From Azolla caroliniana (taxonomy: Eukaryota; Plantae; Polypodiophyta): a DNA stretch of 64,000 bases. The translations under genes and the position numbers were made by a program. Below, one piece after another: positions 50,243-62,811 of the stretch; position 1 is the first letter of the stretch; each line of letters starts with the position of its first letter. The notes under the pieces are model-generated. The model worked only from the letters and a program-made list of their open reading frames with translations. It made no database searches and was not told where the DNA came from. The stretch covers positions 6,820,001 to 6,884,000 of the forward strand of contig JBHGNT010000013.1 in the NCBI GenBank assembly GCA_043228905.1. Direction: 5' to 3'.

Positions 50243-53080
50243 ACCTGCATTGGAAGACCCGCATGAGTTTGAAAAATTCGAACAAGCCTTAAGTTTTCTC
50301 TAACATATACTAATCTCTCCACTTGTTTCACCTTCAAACGATTCCTCCTTTTTGTATGTGCTAATGCATGTGCATTCCAATTTTTTTCAGTAGCTCCAGA
50401 AGAGCAATCCTGTGACACCAAGTATTAAGCAAACAATACATGTCATTATACTATGTAGAAGATTAATACAATTGAAACATTAATAAAAAATGAAATATAA
50501 TACCTGAGACAATACTCTACAAGCTAACGATTGTAGTAAGGGCACATTGTTCCCATATCTTTCCCACCATGAGACAGGTTTACATTTTTTGTGTGATTTT
50601 GATATTTCATTGCTAGTTCATTGCTAAATCTATCCACACCATTCCTATACATGTCAAATTGATCTTGCAAGATTTCACATTCATCTATAGAATATATCTT
50701 TTGAATATATGCAAGCCATCCATTTGTCATCTCTTCATTCATAACTATTGGTTGATCTTTGGGCTTCCATAAAGGATGCAAAATATGTGCAACAATATGA
50801 ATTGGTTTTTTGAACCACGACCAACGACAATCAAAACATTCCAAAACCTCTTTATATCTGCATTAACATTTGAATTTTAATCAAAACTCGAAATCAGTTA
50901 CCAAAATATGCATAACGTTGTTGATATCAATGATTCAAATAAATGAAAAAGATGCAATAAACAACAAATGTACATACTACATAGTCCATAGAAACATATT
51001 ACCTGTCCTTGTTTAATGTGTCCTCTCTCGGTCCTTGTAGAAATTTGTCTCTAGCGCTCCTCATGAACTCATAAAGTAAGCCCATTGTAGATCCTTCACG
51101 ATCATTTAGCCGCAAAACAGAAAACAGTGGGTGCATAATCGAAATTACAATCATAATTGAAGGCAAAGTAGAGTTATCTTGCACAATGGACTTCACCTTG
51201 ACTGTTGTCGCGAAGATCTGCATGCATGCGTGCTTCGCTTGAGCGGGACCACCAGGGTCTCGGACCGCGGAGGACGTTCTCGAAATTGTCGAAAAGATGA
51301 CAATGTGTATGTAGGAATCGAGGAAACTAATTTCACACTTGAGAAGAAGATAGATTTCAAGAAGAATATTAAGAAGAAGATTATATTGATGGTGATGATA
51401 ATGATATCACATATTGAGCCCCCCCTTTACACAAGCCTTACGAGGGTTTTTATAGGTCTATCCATGCACAAAACCATGGGCTTGGACCCATGGTTTTTGG
51501 GCACACAGTTTTTCTTGTGGCATGCACAAAACCATGGGCTTGGAACATGGTTTTGTACACACGGTTTTGTACGGTTGTTTTTCTATGCCTCTTGAATATG
51601 AAAAGAAATTTACATAACATCTAAAGTACTTGGTAGTTACCCTAATGGTAAGATAAATGTCTTCTATCTCAGATATGCACTCAAATGCCACTAGGCCCTA
51701 GGATAATTTTCATATTTATAATCATTTGTGTAATGTGCGTGGAACTGCACTATTTCACAATTTCTCCCATTGGACACGCAACATTACGACACCGCATCCG
51801 GCTTTTTGGAGTCACTCCAATCCTCCCAATAGTTACTAACCACAGTTTGTTCAAGGGCTCTCCAAACTCTTGCCAGCCTCTCAAGGACAATAAGAATGTA
51901 GCCAAATCGAGTGGCACTTGGCCTAAGGAGCACAAGAGATGAATAGTTGCTTAAACTTTTTCGTGCATTCCTTTTCTTGGTGAATAGTCTAACCACACAA
52001 TTTGCTCTCTTTGTGCACTTGACGAACCCAACTCAACTCCCCAATATCCTCTAGCAATAAATCTAAACAATGTGATGTACAAGGAGTCCATACAAGGCTT
52101 GGGAATTCAGTCTCTAGAATGTGACCCATGCTAACACAATTAGATGCATTATCCATGACAATTTGCACCACATTTTCTACTTTTACTTCCTTTATCGCAA
52201 TTGATAGCATTTCAGCCAACCATGGACCATCAACCCTTGTAGAAACACCACTACAATCAATAGTTTTAAGGTACATTGTGCCATAACAACATGAGACCAA
52301 AATATTCAGAAGTGCTCGCTTGCTAGTGTCAATCCATCCATCTGAAAGTATGGTAACTCCATATTTTGGCCAAAGGGCTTTTACATTTTCCACTTTGTGT
52401 TGCACATTCAAATGCTCTTTCTTTAAATATTTAACTCTTAAATCATTGTAGATAATACCACTCTACTTTTCCCCAATATCAGAGAAAGCGAATAACATGT
52501 TCCTCCAACATGACATTTTCAAAAGATTAAAAGATAGATTACCTTCCACGATGCATCTAACCAACATTGTGTTTGCATGATCTTTCTTGTTCAACATAGC
52601 GGCACTTGATCCTCTCCTTATCATGCTTTGAGTGAGACTTTTTCTTCTTGAACCTTCTGTATCTTCAATATCAATAGGAATTTGGTCTATTGAATCCTTC
52701 TTAGATGAGGCACATATCCTATCCATTGAAGGTTGTGATAGGAACATTGAATCAACCATTGAATCCACCATGCCTTCTTGAAGCTCATTTTGTTTTCCCA
52801 TGGCTTCTACTTCTTTAATGCGTTTTAGCTTCTTGCGAGTCAATTCACTTTCTTGTGCTACTGCTATAGCACCTTGATATGCCTCTAGAGTTACTTGCAC
52901 CTTTAATTCCAACAAGGTGAGCAACTAAACGTGTTAGTGTCCCAAACCCATGAAAACCACATAATTTGCAATCCCAATAATAGTTCCCAAATGACTTCCC
53001 AGCTTGTTTGTTCAAACAATATTTATCCCATAAGGGGGGTTCCTTGTGTGGTATAGTTGATTGAGGATGACAAGTTCTAG
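50243..53080 (-). pseudogene. Spliced hAT transposase, copy B (main body)
   Basis: Same motifs as copy A; SSGATEKNW...TKRRNRL...LVYVRENLRL dimerisation motif at 50243-50411; interrupted by the solo LTR at 51206. Confidence 0.9.
51206..51791 (-). mobile_element. Solo LTR related to the 23663-24674 Gypsy LTR
   Basis: tgtcg...cgaca ends; shares ggaccacc.gggtct with ~23700; the empty site in hAT copy A (38221-38235) implies a 4-bp TSD ctgt/ccgc. Confidence 0.85.
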
Positions 53081-53644
53081 AGACTCAAAGTTGTCTTTTA
53101 TATTGTCCTAAATTCATGAATCCACAATGTTAAATGTGTGAATAAGGAAATAATGTGATGTAACAATGCAGAAAGAAATTGTTTAAATGATAGGCATAAG
53201 CAAATGGCAAATCCGAATGGAAGATATTTGCCTAAGAAAATGGCATTCCATCCCCATCAAGAGGAAAGAATTATTATTCATTAGAAATGAATTATAAAAG
53301 AGCACATAATCACGGAACTTTTACTTGTGATGTCGGTGTGCTCTTGTATGAAGACACTATTCTTTGATAATTCACCACAAGCTATCAATGTCTCTATCTG
53401 CCACCAACATTGTTGTATTAAAGAAGGGATAGACACACATAAACCCAAACCATACATGTAACATGTTGTATTATACTATAGTCTATTATGCATATAAGTT
53501 GATGGAATCTGTGTTTTGATTAATTCAATAGGAAAAATTCCAAAATACTTGTTCCAAAATCTCATGAGTGACAGTGACAATTTAGTGAGGTATCATGACT
53601 AGGAAATAGATGTAAAGAGTGTCACAATTGTATGCATCACGAAT

Positions 53645-53689
53645 CATACATGCATACAATACAATACAAACACACAAACACACACATGT

Positions 53690-53732
<43 letters not shown>

Positions 53733-53830
53733 TACATACATACATACATACATACATACAATACAATACAATATAATACAATACATACATATATGTATGT
53801 ATATGTACGTATATATGCATATATAATGTA
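53645..53830. repeat. Compound (CA)n/(CATA)n/(ATACA)n microsatellite
   Basis: Directly visible; a shorter version lies at 1666-1792. Confidence 0.95.
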
Positions 53831-53898
53831 TGTGTTGTAAATGCTCACTTCTTCTCTTCCTTTCTTTTCTGCGTGGCCAAAGGAAGGCACAAGATAAA

Positions 53899-54568
53899 GA
53901 ATGAGATAATGGTTGCCTATTGTCGAGAGCTGAGCTTTAACTCTTCCCCATCCCTCCGCTCTACCCCTCTCCATCTCACATAGAAGACATTCTCCAATGA
54001 TGAGGCATTCCTCATCTCCCTCTTCTTTCTTCTCCAAATCAGGAGGCCTTTTAATGGCCGGTTATGATTGAATTAACCAGCCATTAAAAGGCCTAGATTA
54101 AGCTCGCTTTGATGTCTATTCCATGTCAATATGAATCATGATCAAGGATTGAAAATGTATCTATTGTATATAGTCTATTTATGATCAAAATTGCTTTTAA
54201 ATTTTATGAAATTCTGGTCAAATTAGCTCTGATCAATATGAATGAGATAATGGCCGCCTGTTGTCAAGAGCTGAGCTTTATCTCTTCCCCATCCCTTCGC
54301 TCTACCCCTCTTCATCTCACACAGAAGACATTCTCCAATGATGAGGCATTACTCATCACCCTCTTCTTTCTTCTCCAAATCGAGAGGCCTTTTAATGGCT
54401 GCTTATGATTGAATTAACCAGCCATTAAAAGGCCTAGATTAAGCTCGATTTGATGTCTATTCCATGTCAATATGAATCATGATCAAGGATTGAAAATGTA
54501 TCTACTATATATAGTCTATTTATGATCAAAATTGCTTTCAAATTTTTTGAAATTCTGGTCAAATTAGG
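53899..54568. repeat. ~341-bp tandem duplication in the hAT 5' arm
   Basis: gaatgagataatgg... at 53899 and 54240; only one unit in copy 0 (1803-2130). Confidence 0.9.
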
Positions 54569-55412
54569 TCAAAAATAAAACTCTGTTTTATGCTCTCTAT
54601 ATGTGTAAGATCAATTAACACTAAAATTGAAAGCTCGAGTTTATTGTGTTTTGTAATTGTGTGATGGTATTAGGCCTAAACAAGAAGAAACACCTCAACA
54701 AAATTTATGCTCACTGAGAGTTAATCCTATATAATAATATAATATAATCAAGAAGCAATATACTTTCGTGTAGACAGCTTCCATGTCCTGCATAAAAACC
54801 TAGTATCTGCAAAATGTAGAAAATCATTACAAAAACCCCCAATTATTTTCTTTTTCTCTAGTAAAATATACCCTAGAAAATTAGTTTTTAAATTATTTAC
54901 AAATTTAGCCTTAGAAAAAATGACAGTTCCAAAAGGTTGAATATGTTTAGAATACATGTGGGTATTCTAAAATGTACTCTATCTATAAAATATGCGTTTT
55001 TTAACAACAATGGTTCACTCCACCATTGCCACCATTCTACACTTAGTTGCCTCCATTGTTCGGTCTTGGATTGCAATAACTGTTTGATCCGACGGAATTC
55101 ACTCCATTGCCGCCATTCTACACTCAATTGTTGCCATTGTTCAGTCTAGGATTTCAATAATTGTTCTATTAGTGTTGATTTTCTTGTGTATAATCGTGTT
55201 GTTGTGTATAATCGTGTGTATTGCGAAATAATTTTTTGTATTGTTGTTGCCCATAGTCATCTTAGTTCGTTCCCGACGGTGGTTCAGTAGCTTTCACTCC
55301 GCTGCAATAAACATAAACTTACCAATGGTGGGATCGCTCCTATGAATAACCGGTTTGCATGTGGTTTAGTAATTAGCTGCATGTTTTTTTTTGTGGAAAT
55401 TTAGTAATGAAT

Positions 55413-57303
55413 ATGTCAAGCCAAATGGAAGGGGAAGGAGGGTGTTTACCAATACCCCTCATGGATCATCAGGATAGAGATGACGCTATCAGGACACAAC
55501 AAGCGATACGAAAGTATTGGGTAGAAAAAAAAAAAGGAAACATCGTCAATTGTTGAAGGATACGAAAGTCACATTCACTAAAGGTAAGGATAGCATTGGT
55601 TGCGATATAGGTCTGAATACCACTAAGAATGGAAGTAAGGAGACTACTATCATAGAGAGAAAGGTTGTAGACTATTTCAATGTTCAGACCAAGCACATCA
55701 GCCATGAAGACAAGAAGGTAGTACTTTATGGAATATTAAATGATCCATCGATAAAGGAGTTAGTGATTTTGATGGTCTTAATGCAAACATAACATCTGTA
55801 CTAGTAAATAATCTCCGTAATAGTTTCGTATCCATGAGCAGGTCAGAAGATGATCTTGTCTTTAAAAGGTCTAGTCTAATGATGTTACTTAATAGTGATG
55901 TTGACGATCTTAACATCAGTGTGCTATCTAAGGTAATTGGTGTTAGTAGAAAAAGTGTGTACAATACAATGAACCAAATAATTTCAAGTGGTGAAGGAAT
56001 TAGTCTGCTAAAGCTAACAACACGATGTAAGCCAATGACACACATAACATCAGAAATCAAGGATATAATCACCATATTTTGGACCAATGAGAGTAGGGTT
56101 TCACCCAATAAGAAGGATTTATGCAGGAAACATGTTGGAAGGAGTCAATACGAGGAGCATCCCATTCATCTTCTTGATGTACCTTAGGTATTTACATTTA
56201 TCTCAACTTTTGTTTTGATTTTTAAACTTAGTTATTAGCTAATTAGCTACCTCATAATATGATCATAACTAACTAGCTATTGGTAATAGCTAAATAGCGA
56301 TTGACAATAGCTAACTTAGCTATTATCAGTTATTCGCTACAACAATAGCTAATTAGCTACCTCAGAAGATGACCATAGCTAACTAGCTAGTTACCAATAG
56401 CTAGCTAGCTATTATTAGCTAACTAGCTACCACATTAGCTAACTAACTATTATTAGCTAACTAGCTACCACATTAGCTAATTAGCTATTGACAGTAGCTA
56501 ATTAGCTACTCGCAATAGCTCGTTAATTGACAATAGCTAACTTAGCTATTATCAGTTATTCGCTACCGCAATAGCTAATTAGCTACCTCAAAAGATGACC
56601 ATAGCTAACTAGCTAGTTACCAATTGCTAGTTAGCTATTATTAGCTAACTAGCTACCACATTAGCTAATTAGCTATTGATAGTAACTAGCTACCTCAAAA
56701 GATGACCATAGCTAACTAGCTAGTTACCAATTGCTAGTTAGCTATTATTAGCTAACTAGCTACCACATTAGCTAATTAGCTATTGATAGTAACTAATTAG
56801 CTACTCGCAATAGCTCGTTAGCTATGTCAAGAGCTAATTATCTATTAAGGTAGCTAATTAGCTACTATCAATAGCTAATTAGCTACTCGCAACAACTAGT
56901 TAGCTATATCAAGAGCTAATTAGCTACTATCAATAGCTAGTTAGCTACTACAAGAGTATGATCATAGCTAATCAGCTACTACACTATATCTAACTTGCTA
57001 CATTACGACGCATTTTTATTACGCGGGTTGATTTATTTATTAGGTTCAGGTGAATGCATCCAAATATCAAAGTTCAACTACGAACATTCGAGTCTCTTAA
57101 GCCACACTTTGTGAGATGCTTAAAGGATTGATACACATGTTGTTGCATTTACCATGTACAAATGGCTTTTCTCAAGGACTTTGTTAATCTACTACGTCAC
57201 CATAGCTCCTCCCTAGAGGATGTAGTCTGCACTTGTGAGTGCCCAATTTGTTGATCTAGCTTGCAAGAGCATTGTAAATCATCAAAGCACGTCTACTTTA
57301 GTA
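55413..57303 (+). pseudogene. Spliced transposase N-terminal half, Sola2-like
   Basis: FWTNESRVSPNKKD...HPIHLL (to 56187, followed by a GT donor); exon from 57044 reads FR*MHPNIKVQLRTFESLKPHFV...D*YTCCCIYH...CTCECPIC; no catalytic DDD region visible. Confidence 0.65.
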
Positions 57304-57960
57304 TGGTAGTGGCTAATTAGCTACATCTTAGATAAATAGCTATTCTTCTTAACTATGCCAGTAGTTATTTAGCTATCACTCTTGATACTGCTTACCTAAA
57401 TAGCTACATCTTAGCTAAATAGTTATTCTTCTTAACTATGGTAGTAACTAATTAACTATCACTCTTGATATTGCTTACCTAAATAGCTACATCTTAACTA
57501 AATAGTTATTCTTCTTAACTATGGTAGTAACTAATTAACTATCACTCTTGATACTGCTTAGCTAATTAGCTACATCTTAGCTAATTAGCTGCTAAACTAT
57601 AGGTTGGAAGTAGCTAATTAGCTATAATTCTACTTAAAAATGGTAGTAGGTAATTAGTTACTACAGTATAGGCTAAGAGTAACTAATTAATTATTCTACT
57701 TAAATATGATAATAGCTAATTAGCTACTACACTATAGGCTAGCAGCATCTAATTAGCTACATCATAGCTAATTAGCTATTCTACTTAAATATGGTAGTAG
57801 CTAATTAGCTACAACTAACCTATAGTATAGAATAGCTAATTAGCTACATTGTAGCTAATTAGCTACTATACTATAGGCTAGCAGCAACTAATTAGCTATT
57901 CTACACTATAGGTTAGTTGCAGTTAATTAGCTAAGATGTAGCTAATTAGCTACTACACTA
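56230..57960. repeat. TAGCTAATTAGCTA palindromic repeat fields (56230-57000 and 57305-57960)
   Basis: Dozens of tagcta units arranged in higher-order direct repeats plus one inverted pair. Confidence 0.92.
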
Positions 57961-57981
57961 TAGAGACAAGCAACATTTTAC

Positions 57982-59899
57982 CTGTCAGTTTTCTCCACTC
58001 ATCTGGGAGAGTTGTATTGCAATCCCCCAAACAAATTGCACCAATGCGACAAGCATATTGAAAACAAACGATATGCTATGTGTGTTGGCATGGTCGTAGG
58101 TGTACCAACAGAGTAGCAGTTTTGTCCTCTATGCCTAAGCCGCAAGCGATGCAACGTGCTTGAACAGTCAATATATCATTGCCTAGTTCTCCTTTGTTTG
58201 GTAAGGGAGCAAGAATGTTGAGGTCCAATTCTTTTTTGCTCTTTACTATCCCCTCCACAAAATGCTGCTGCTTCTTAAGGCAGGTAACTACCTGTTCTTG
58301 ACGGGAGTATTGTTCCTAGAACGCAGTCGAGCATTTACCGATTTATCATTCCTTAATGAGGAAGATAGAACAATAAGATACAAGAATCATTAACTTACTT
58401 GGAGGTTCTCCAAATTGTAATCAACGACAGTATTTACACCTAGAAGGTCCAGGTTCATTGAAAGAACTTGGATCTCTATTTGCAGTTGTATTTTCCGTTG
58501 GGGATCCAGCGGCCCCTCAATTTCGAGCTCATGTTGACAAACCTGTTCTAGACAATGCCTCACTAAGCACATTTTCATGTACAAGTTATTTATAACATGT
58601 TACATACTAGCAAAACAATAGCTACCTGAATCTTATTTCTGATTGTTGTCATTGTCAAAGTGACTTTGCTCTCCATCGCATCAGCCAATGGTACTCTCTC
58701 TAAATCAGACTTTGTTGCCTCTAATGTCTCACAGGCTTCATGGACATTTTTCAGCATATAGCTAATCAATGTCTCACTTGTATCATCGACATTGACTTTC
58801 ATTGTGTTTCGGTGTGGAGTATACTTCTGGGTTTGTTGGGAGTCGGCAGTTGCATCATCAACTGCCATGCTCTAGAATCTTGACATTTTTTGTCGCAACC
58901 TCCCCATTTTCCGGCATCATTCTACCGATGCCTCACCATAAATAGCCCAAGCTACCCTATACATTTCAGGGTTTGTTGCTTCCTACATTGTTTTGCAATA
59001 CTCATATGCAAAAGCTCTCGCGAATGCAACGGACAACTCATTGTTGACCAGGATCTCTTGATGTACTTTCTAGTGGAGCCTCATGCAGTCGTCATACAGC
59101 TCCGATCGTACATGCTTGAGCTTCACCTTGCCTTTCACTCTCGGTAGTTTATAGACTAACAACCAGTCTACATCAGTAATCAATTTATCTGTTAGAACAA
59201 CAAGGTCAATACCCTCTAGCGACAGACCATATATGTTGTTAAAGTCCTCTTTTGTCTCGCAAAACTTTGCAAAGTTCAGCACTCTAGGATATGGAGGAAC
59301 AAGCCACCTGAAATCAAATATCAATACATGTTACCTCTGCTCTATTGGGACATGTGTATTTAGAACCACAATTGGTAGGGAAGATTCAAAAATAAAAAAT
59401 CAGCCACATTGACCCAAATCCTAAATCAAATTTGGGGGAAGTTTGCAAACACAGCCATTGAAATCAGAAATGTGAATTGGTGCAAAATTCCAACACTAAA
59501 TCTGAAATTTTCAACAGTAATCAGAAATCAACCGCTTAAGGAAATCAAAAACCCTAATCAGAAACCATAATTAGAAACCCTAATCAAAAATCAACCGTTT
59601 AAGGAAATCAAGAACCCTAATCTAAAATATGTATGAAATCAACCCTAATCAATTTTTTTGTCAATCAAAAACACACCTGCTGCTACACCCCGATCTTCGA
59701 GACATCACCCTCATCGTTTTTTATTAAAGATGAACAAGCAACAAAGTTAAAATTATCAGATAGGGAAAAAAAATGATTTTTTAATGTGTAATTGATACAT
59801 ACCTGGACGAGGATCGAACTGGTGGTGTGTTGTAGCTTTGAAGGTGCAATGTCGATATCAGAGTTTTTGTGTTGTTGCGGGAGCTTTGTCTGCGTTCAT
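57982..59899 (-). pseudogene. Spliced transposon cargo gene with a C-terminal RING-H2 finger
   Basis: Main exon about 59307-58626 bounded by AG/GT; last visible exon reads CIAC-x16-CQHT*HIVC-x9-CLGDC; in-frame stops; upstream exons approximate. Confidence 0.7.
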
Positions 59900-60205
59900 G
59901 CTCAGAGTACTCCATCTATTTGGATTTCGAACTCAAACTAAGGATTAACAAGAATTTGGTGACATTCAAGTTGAGTTTAGATGAGGGCATTGTTCCCCAA
60001 GTTCCACTACGTTAGAAACGAAAGTTCAAATTTTTTAGTATTCTCATCAATTAAATGACATATATTTAACTAATAAAGCATGAAATTTCATAAATGATCC
60101 TTATGATTTGCCCACAAAAAACTAGCTAAACAAATAGCTAAATAGCTATGCCATTTTACCAGTTAATTAGCTATAATAGTGTTTTTCACTCGCATGCTTT
60201 TACCC

Positions 60206-62022
60206 CATAATGGATTACTCTTCTTAAATTAAGAAACTTTTGTGCGTTCCCAATGGTTCGTGTCACCTTCAAATAGTACAAAATTGTCATGACACATACA
60301 CAGCCGGACATTTTGGTAGTACTAAAACGTTGGATTTAGTACAACGATCATTTTGGTGGCCTCATATGAGAAGATTTGTCGAAGACTATGTTCAGACATG
60401 TGATACATGTTGTAGAGCGAAGATGTCGCGACATCATCCATATGGTTTGTTGGAGCCATTACCGATCCCAAGCAATCCATGGCAATCTATTTCTCTCCAT
60501 TTTATCACAGTTCTTCTAGACTCGAGGGGCTTCAATGCAATCTTAAAAGTGGTAGATCGATATACTAAGATGACACATTTCGTGCCCTATACTAAAGAAA
60601 TCACTAGTGAAGAAACCATTGGAATTGTTATGCGTGAAGTATTTCGGCATCATGGTCTTCCTGACAGTATCATCGGTGATCGTGGACCGCAATTCGTCTC
60701 TGAATTTTGGAAGCATCTCTTTAAAATGCTCAAGGTCACCTGTAATCTCTCCTCTGACTATCATCCCCAAACAGATGGACATGCAGAACGTACCAATCAA
60801 ACGTTGGAATAGTAACTTCAGTGTTTCTTAAACTATCAACAAGATGATTGGGCAGATATTCTACACTTTGCTGGATTTGCTTATAATAATTCTATCCAAT
60901 CCTCTACTAGGGTTACACCATTCTACGCTTATATCGCCTATCATCCTCGCTGGTGTGTGATAGAAACTCCTGAGTTACCTACAAATCCTAGTGCAAAGGA
61001 TCATTTGGAGCAGTTACGACAAATTCAGGCAAAAATATCTACCCACCTACATCGCACCCAACAAACACAGAAGGACTACATGGATCGTCATCGGCTTCCA
61101 TCCTCTTTTAATATTGGAGATCAAGTATGGTTATTACGGCGGCACATCAAGACTACTCGATCGTGTGACAATCTAGATTATCAACGGTTAGGCCCTTTCC
61201 ATATTAACGAAAAAATTAATGATGTTACTTTTTGCCTTGATCTACCTCCGCAACTACGAATACATCCGGTATTTCGTAGTTCTCTCCTAGCAACCTATCA
61301 GGACAACACTATCCTAGATCCTATTACACCACTTCCACCCCCAATCGAACTTGAAGATGAACCTGAGTACGAGGTTGTTGCCATCCTCAACTCCAAGATT
61401 GTTTGCAACAAGCTCTATTATTTGGTCGATTGGCTAGGATATAGTCCAAGCGAGCGCACTTGGTAATCAATGACGAATTTGGCGAATGCTCGAGCTCTTC
61501 TTGAAGACTTCCATCGTCAATATTCGGAAAAACCAGGTTCTCAATCAAAGATGACTCGTAACACTCATCGTTTAAAGGGGGGGATAGTGTCATGATATGG
61601 CTCCAAAAAGATTTGAACCCATGACCTTGTATTACATGGGTTGAACCCTTACCATTAAACCATGCATTGTAATACAAAAGATATTATTTTCATTTATTAT
61701 TTCACCATACAAAATTCATGCATATTCAAGATTACTTTAGAACATTTTAGAAACTTCAAGAGTACTCCTGAGAGTATTATAAATAGAGGCACATGGAATT
61801 ATTCAGAACCAACTCGGTTCAACGCCAGTCTTAAGCCTCCTAGCTACTCTTGTATCTTCTCTTCATATAATATACCACTTGTTATCATCATTCTCTCTCT
61901 CTCTCTCTCTGTGTCCTTCTCTCGTGAGTCTCCACACACTTTCCCCTTCTTACTACTAATCCTCATTCTTCCTCTCTATATTTAGTACTAATTCTCCCTA
62001 TCTCTAGTATTATCCCTGATCA
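60206..62022 (+). mobile_element. 3' part of an older Tcn1-type chromovirus (integrase, chromodomain, 3' LTR 61588 to ~62022); its left stub is 45163-45193
   Basis: ORFs 60240-60812 and 60957-61466; PPT aaagggggggatag; LTR starts tgtcatgatatgg. Confidence 0.92.
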
Positions 62023-62393
62023 ACACCAGTTACGGAATCTTTCAATTAATCAACTCATCCCTTTGATTATCTTCTACTCTCTTGTGTATATTTTCTATTC
62101 GTGATAGAAACAAGAAGGAAGGACAAGGGTGTCCTGTCTCAGATGGAGGCAAACGTGGCACACCACTCCGGTAGAGGAAGAAGCAAAGAAGTCCACAAAA
62201 GAGAGACAAGTCTCATGTAAGGTCCAAGTCTAGAGGAAAGCTCATATGCTTCTATTGCGGAAAACCTAGACACTTCCAAAAGGACACTTTGTCGGATGCA
62301 GAGGATCTTCAACCTTAGCGATTTGATACCATGAAAAGAGTTGTGTATGTAGAAGCTTGTACATAAAGAACACATTTGGTTAAGCCGGACACC

Positions 62394-62811
62394 TGTAGAC
62401 AGTTAGGTATACATAGAAAGGGAGAGAGGGAGAGGGAGAGACAGAGATGAGCAAACACAAAAACAAATTCTATTGCTAACATCACACACTATACAAGATG
62501 ATGTGCTCACTGAGCACCTTTTATACAAGTCTTCTTGACAAAGGACTAACAGAAGTACTGACTAGTACTTCAATGCTCATAAAAGAGCCACTCACACTAA
62601 CTGCCTATAACATTCCTATTACTAAGAATAGGAATATAGGCCCTAACGGCATGTCGACCTTGAGCCGATCCGGCTTCTGGCTTATTCAGCTCATCCGGTA
62701 TCCGGCTTCTTTGGCCAACTCTACCCAACCAATCAGATTGTCGGCTTCTTCAGTCGACTCAGCCTTTTGGCCTTTAGCCAATTCGGGTCATGTTGATCTT
62801 GTCACTCAACA
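62394..62811 (-). mobile_element. Copia A/B-family LTR (left boundary uncertain)
   Basis: Reverse complement of cttgtataaaaggtgctca and agttagtgt...ggctc from the Copia A LTR; the minus strand starts tgttgagtgacaagatcaaca. Confidence 0.75.

Larger units (their letters stand above)
46189..55012 (-). mobile_element. Complete Tag1-like hAT transposon copy B with nested insertions
   Basis: 8-bp TSD GTTCACTC (46181-46188, 55013-55020); imperfect TIR CATGGTTGTAA / CATTGTTGTTA. Confidence 0.95.
45194..60205 (+). mobile_element. TIR DNA transposon, Sola2-like, about 6.2 kb without the nested hAT
   Basis: TIRs gggtgaaagcatgcgagtggaaaca and tgtttttcactcgcatgcttttaccc; TSD ccta/cata; removing the element restores the Tcn1 pol frame GIDYQQFKC|HNGLLF. 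Confidence 0.8.

Noticed and set aside
51470-51560. B box in the solo LTR (ccatgggcttggacccatgg hairpins)
   Set aside because: Mismatch in the GTTC core, loop size is off and no A box at the expected distance
53582-54037. Cys/Val/Tyr-rich ORFs (also 1665-1959)
   Set aside because: Translations of CA/CATA microsatellites
59548-59652. Interstitial telomere array
   Set aside because: Motifs are isolated, not tandem CCCTAAA
45194-60205. PIF/Harbinger or CACTA assignment
   Set aside because: GGG ends and two genes fit Harbinger, but the restored host frame needs a 4-bp duplication rather than 3-bp TWA; no CACTA terminus and no Myb/SANT ORF seen
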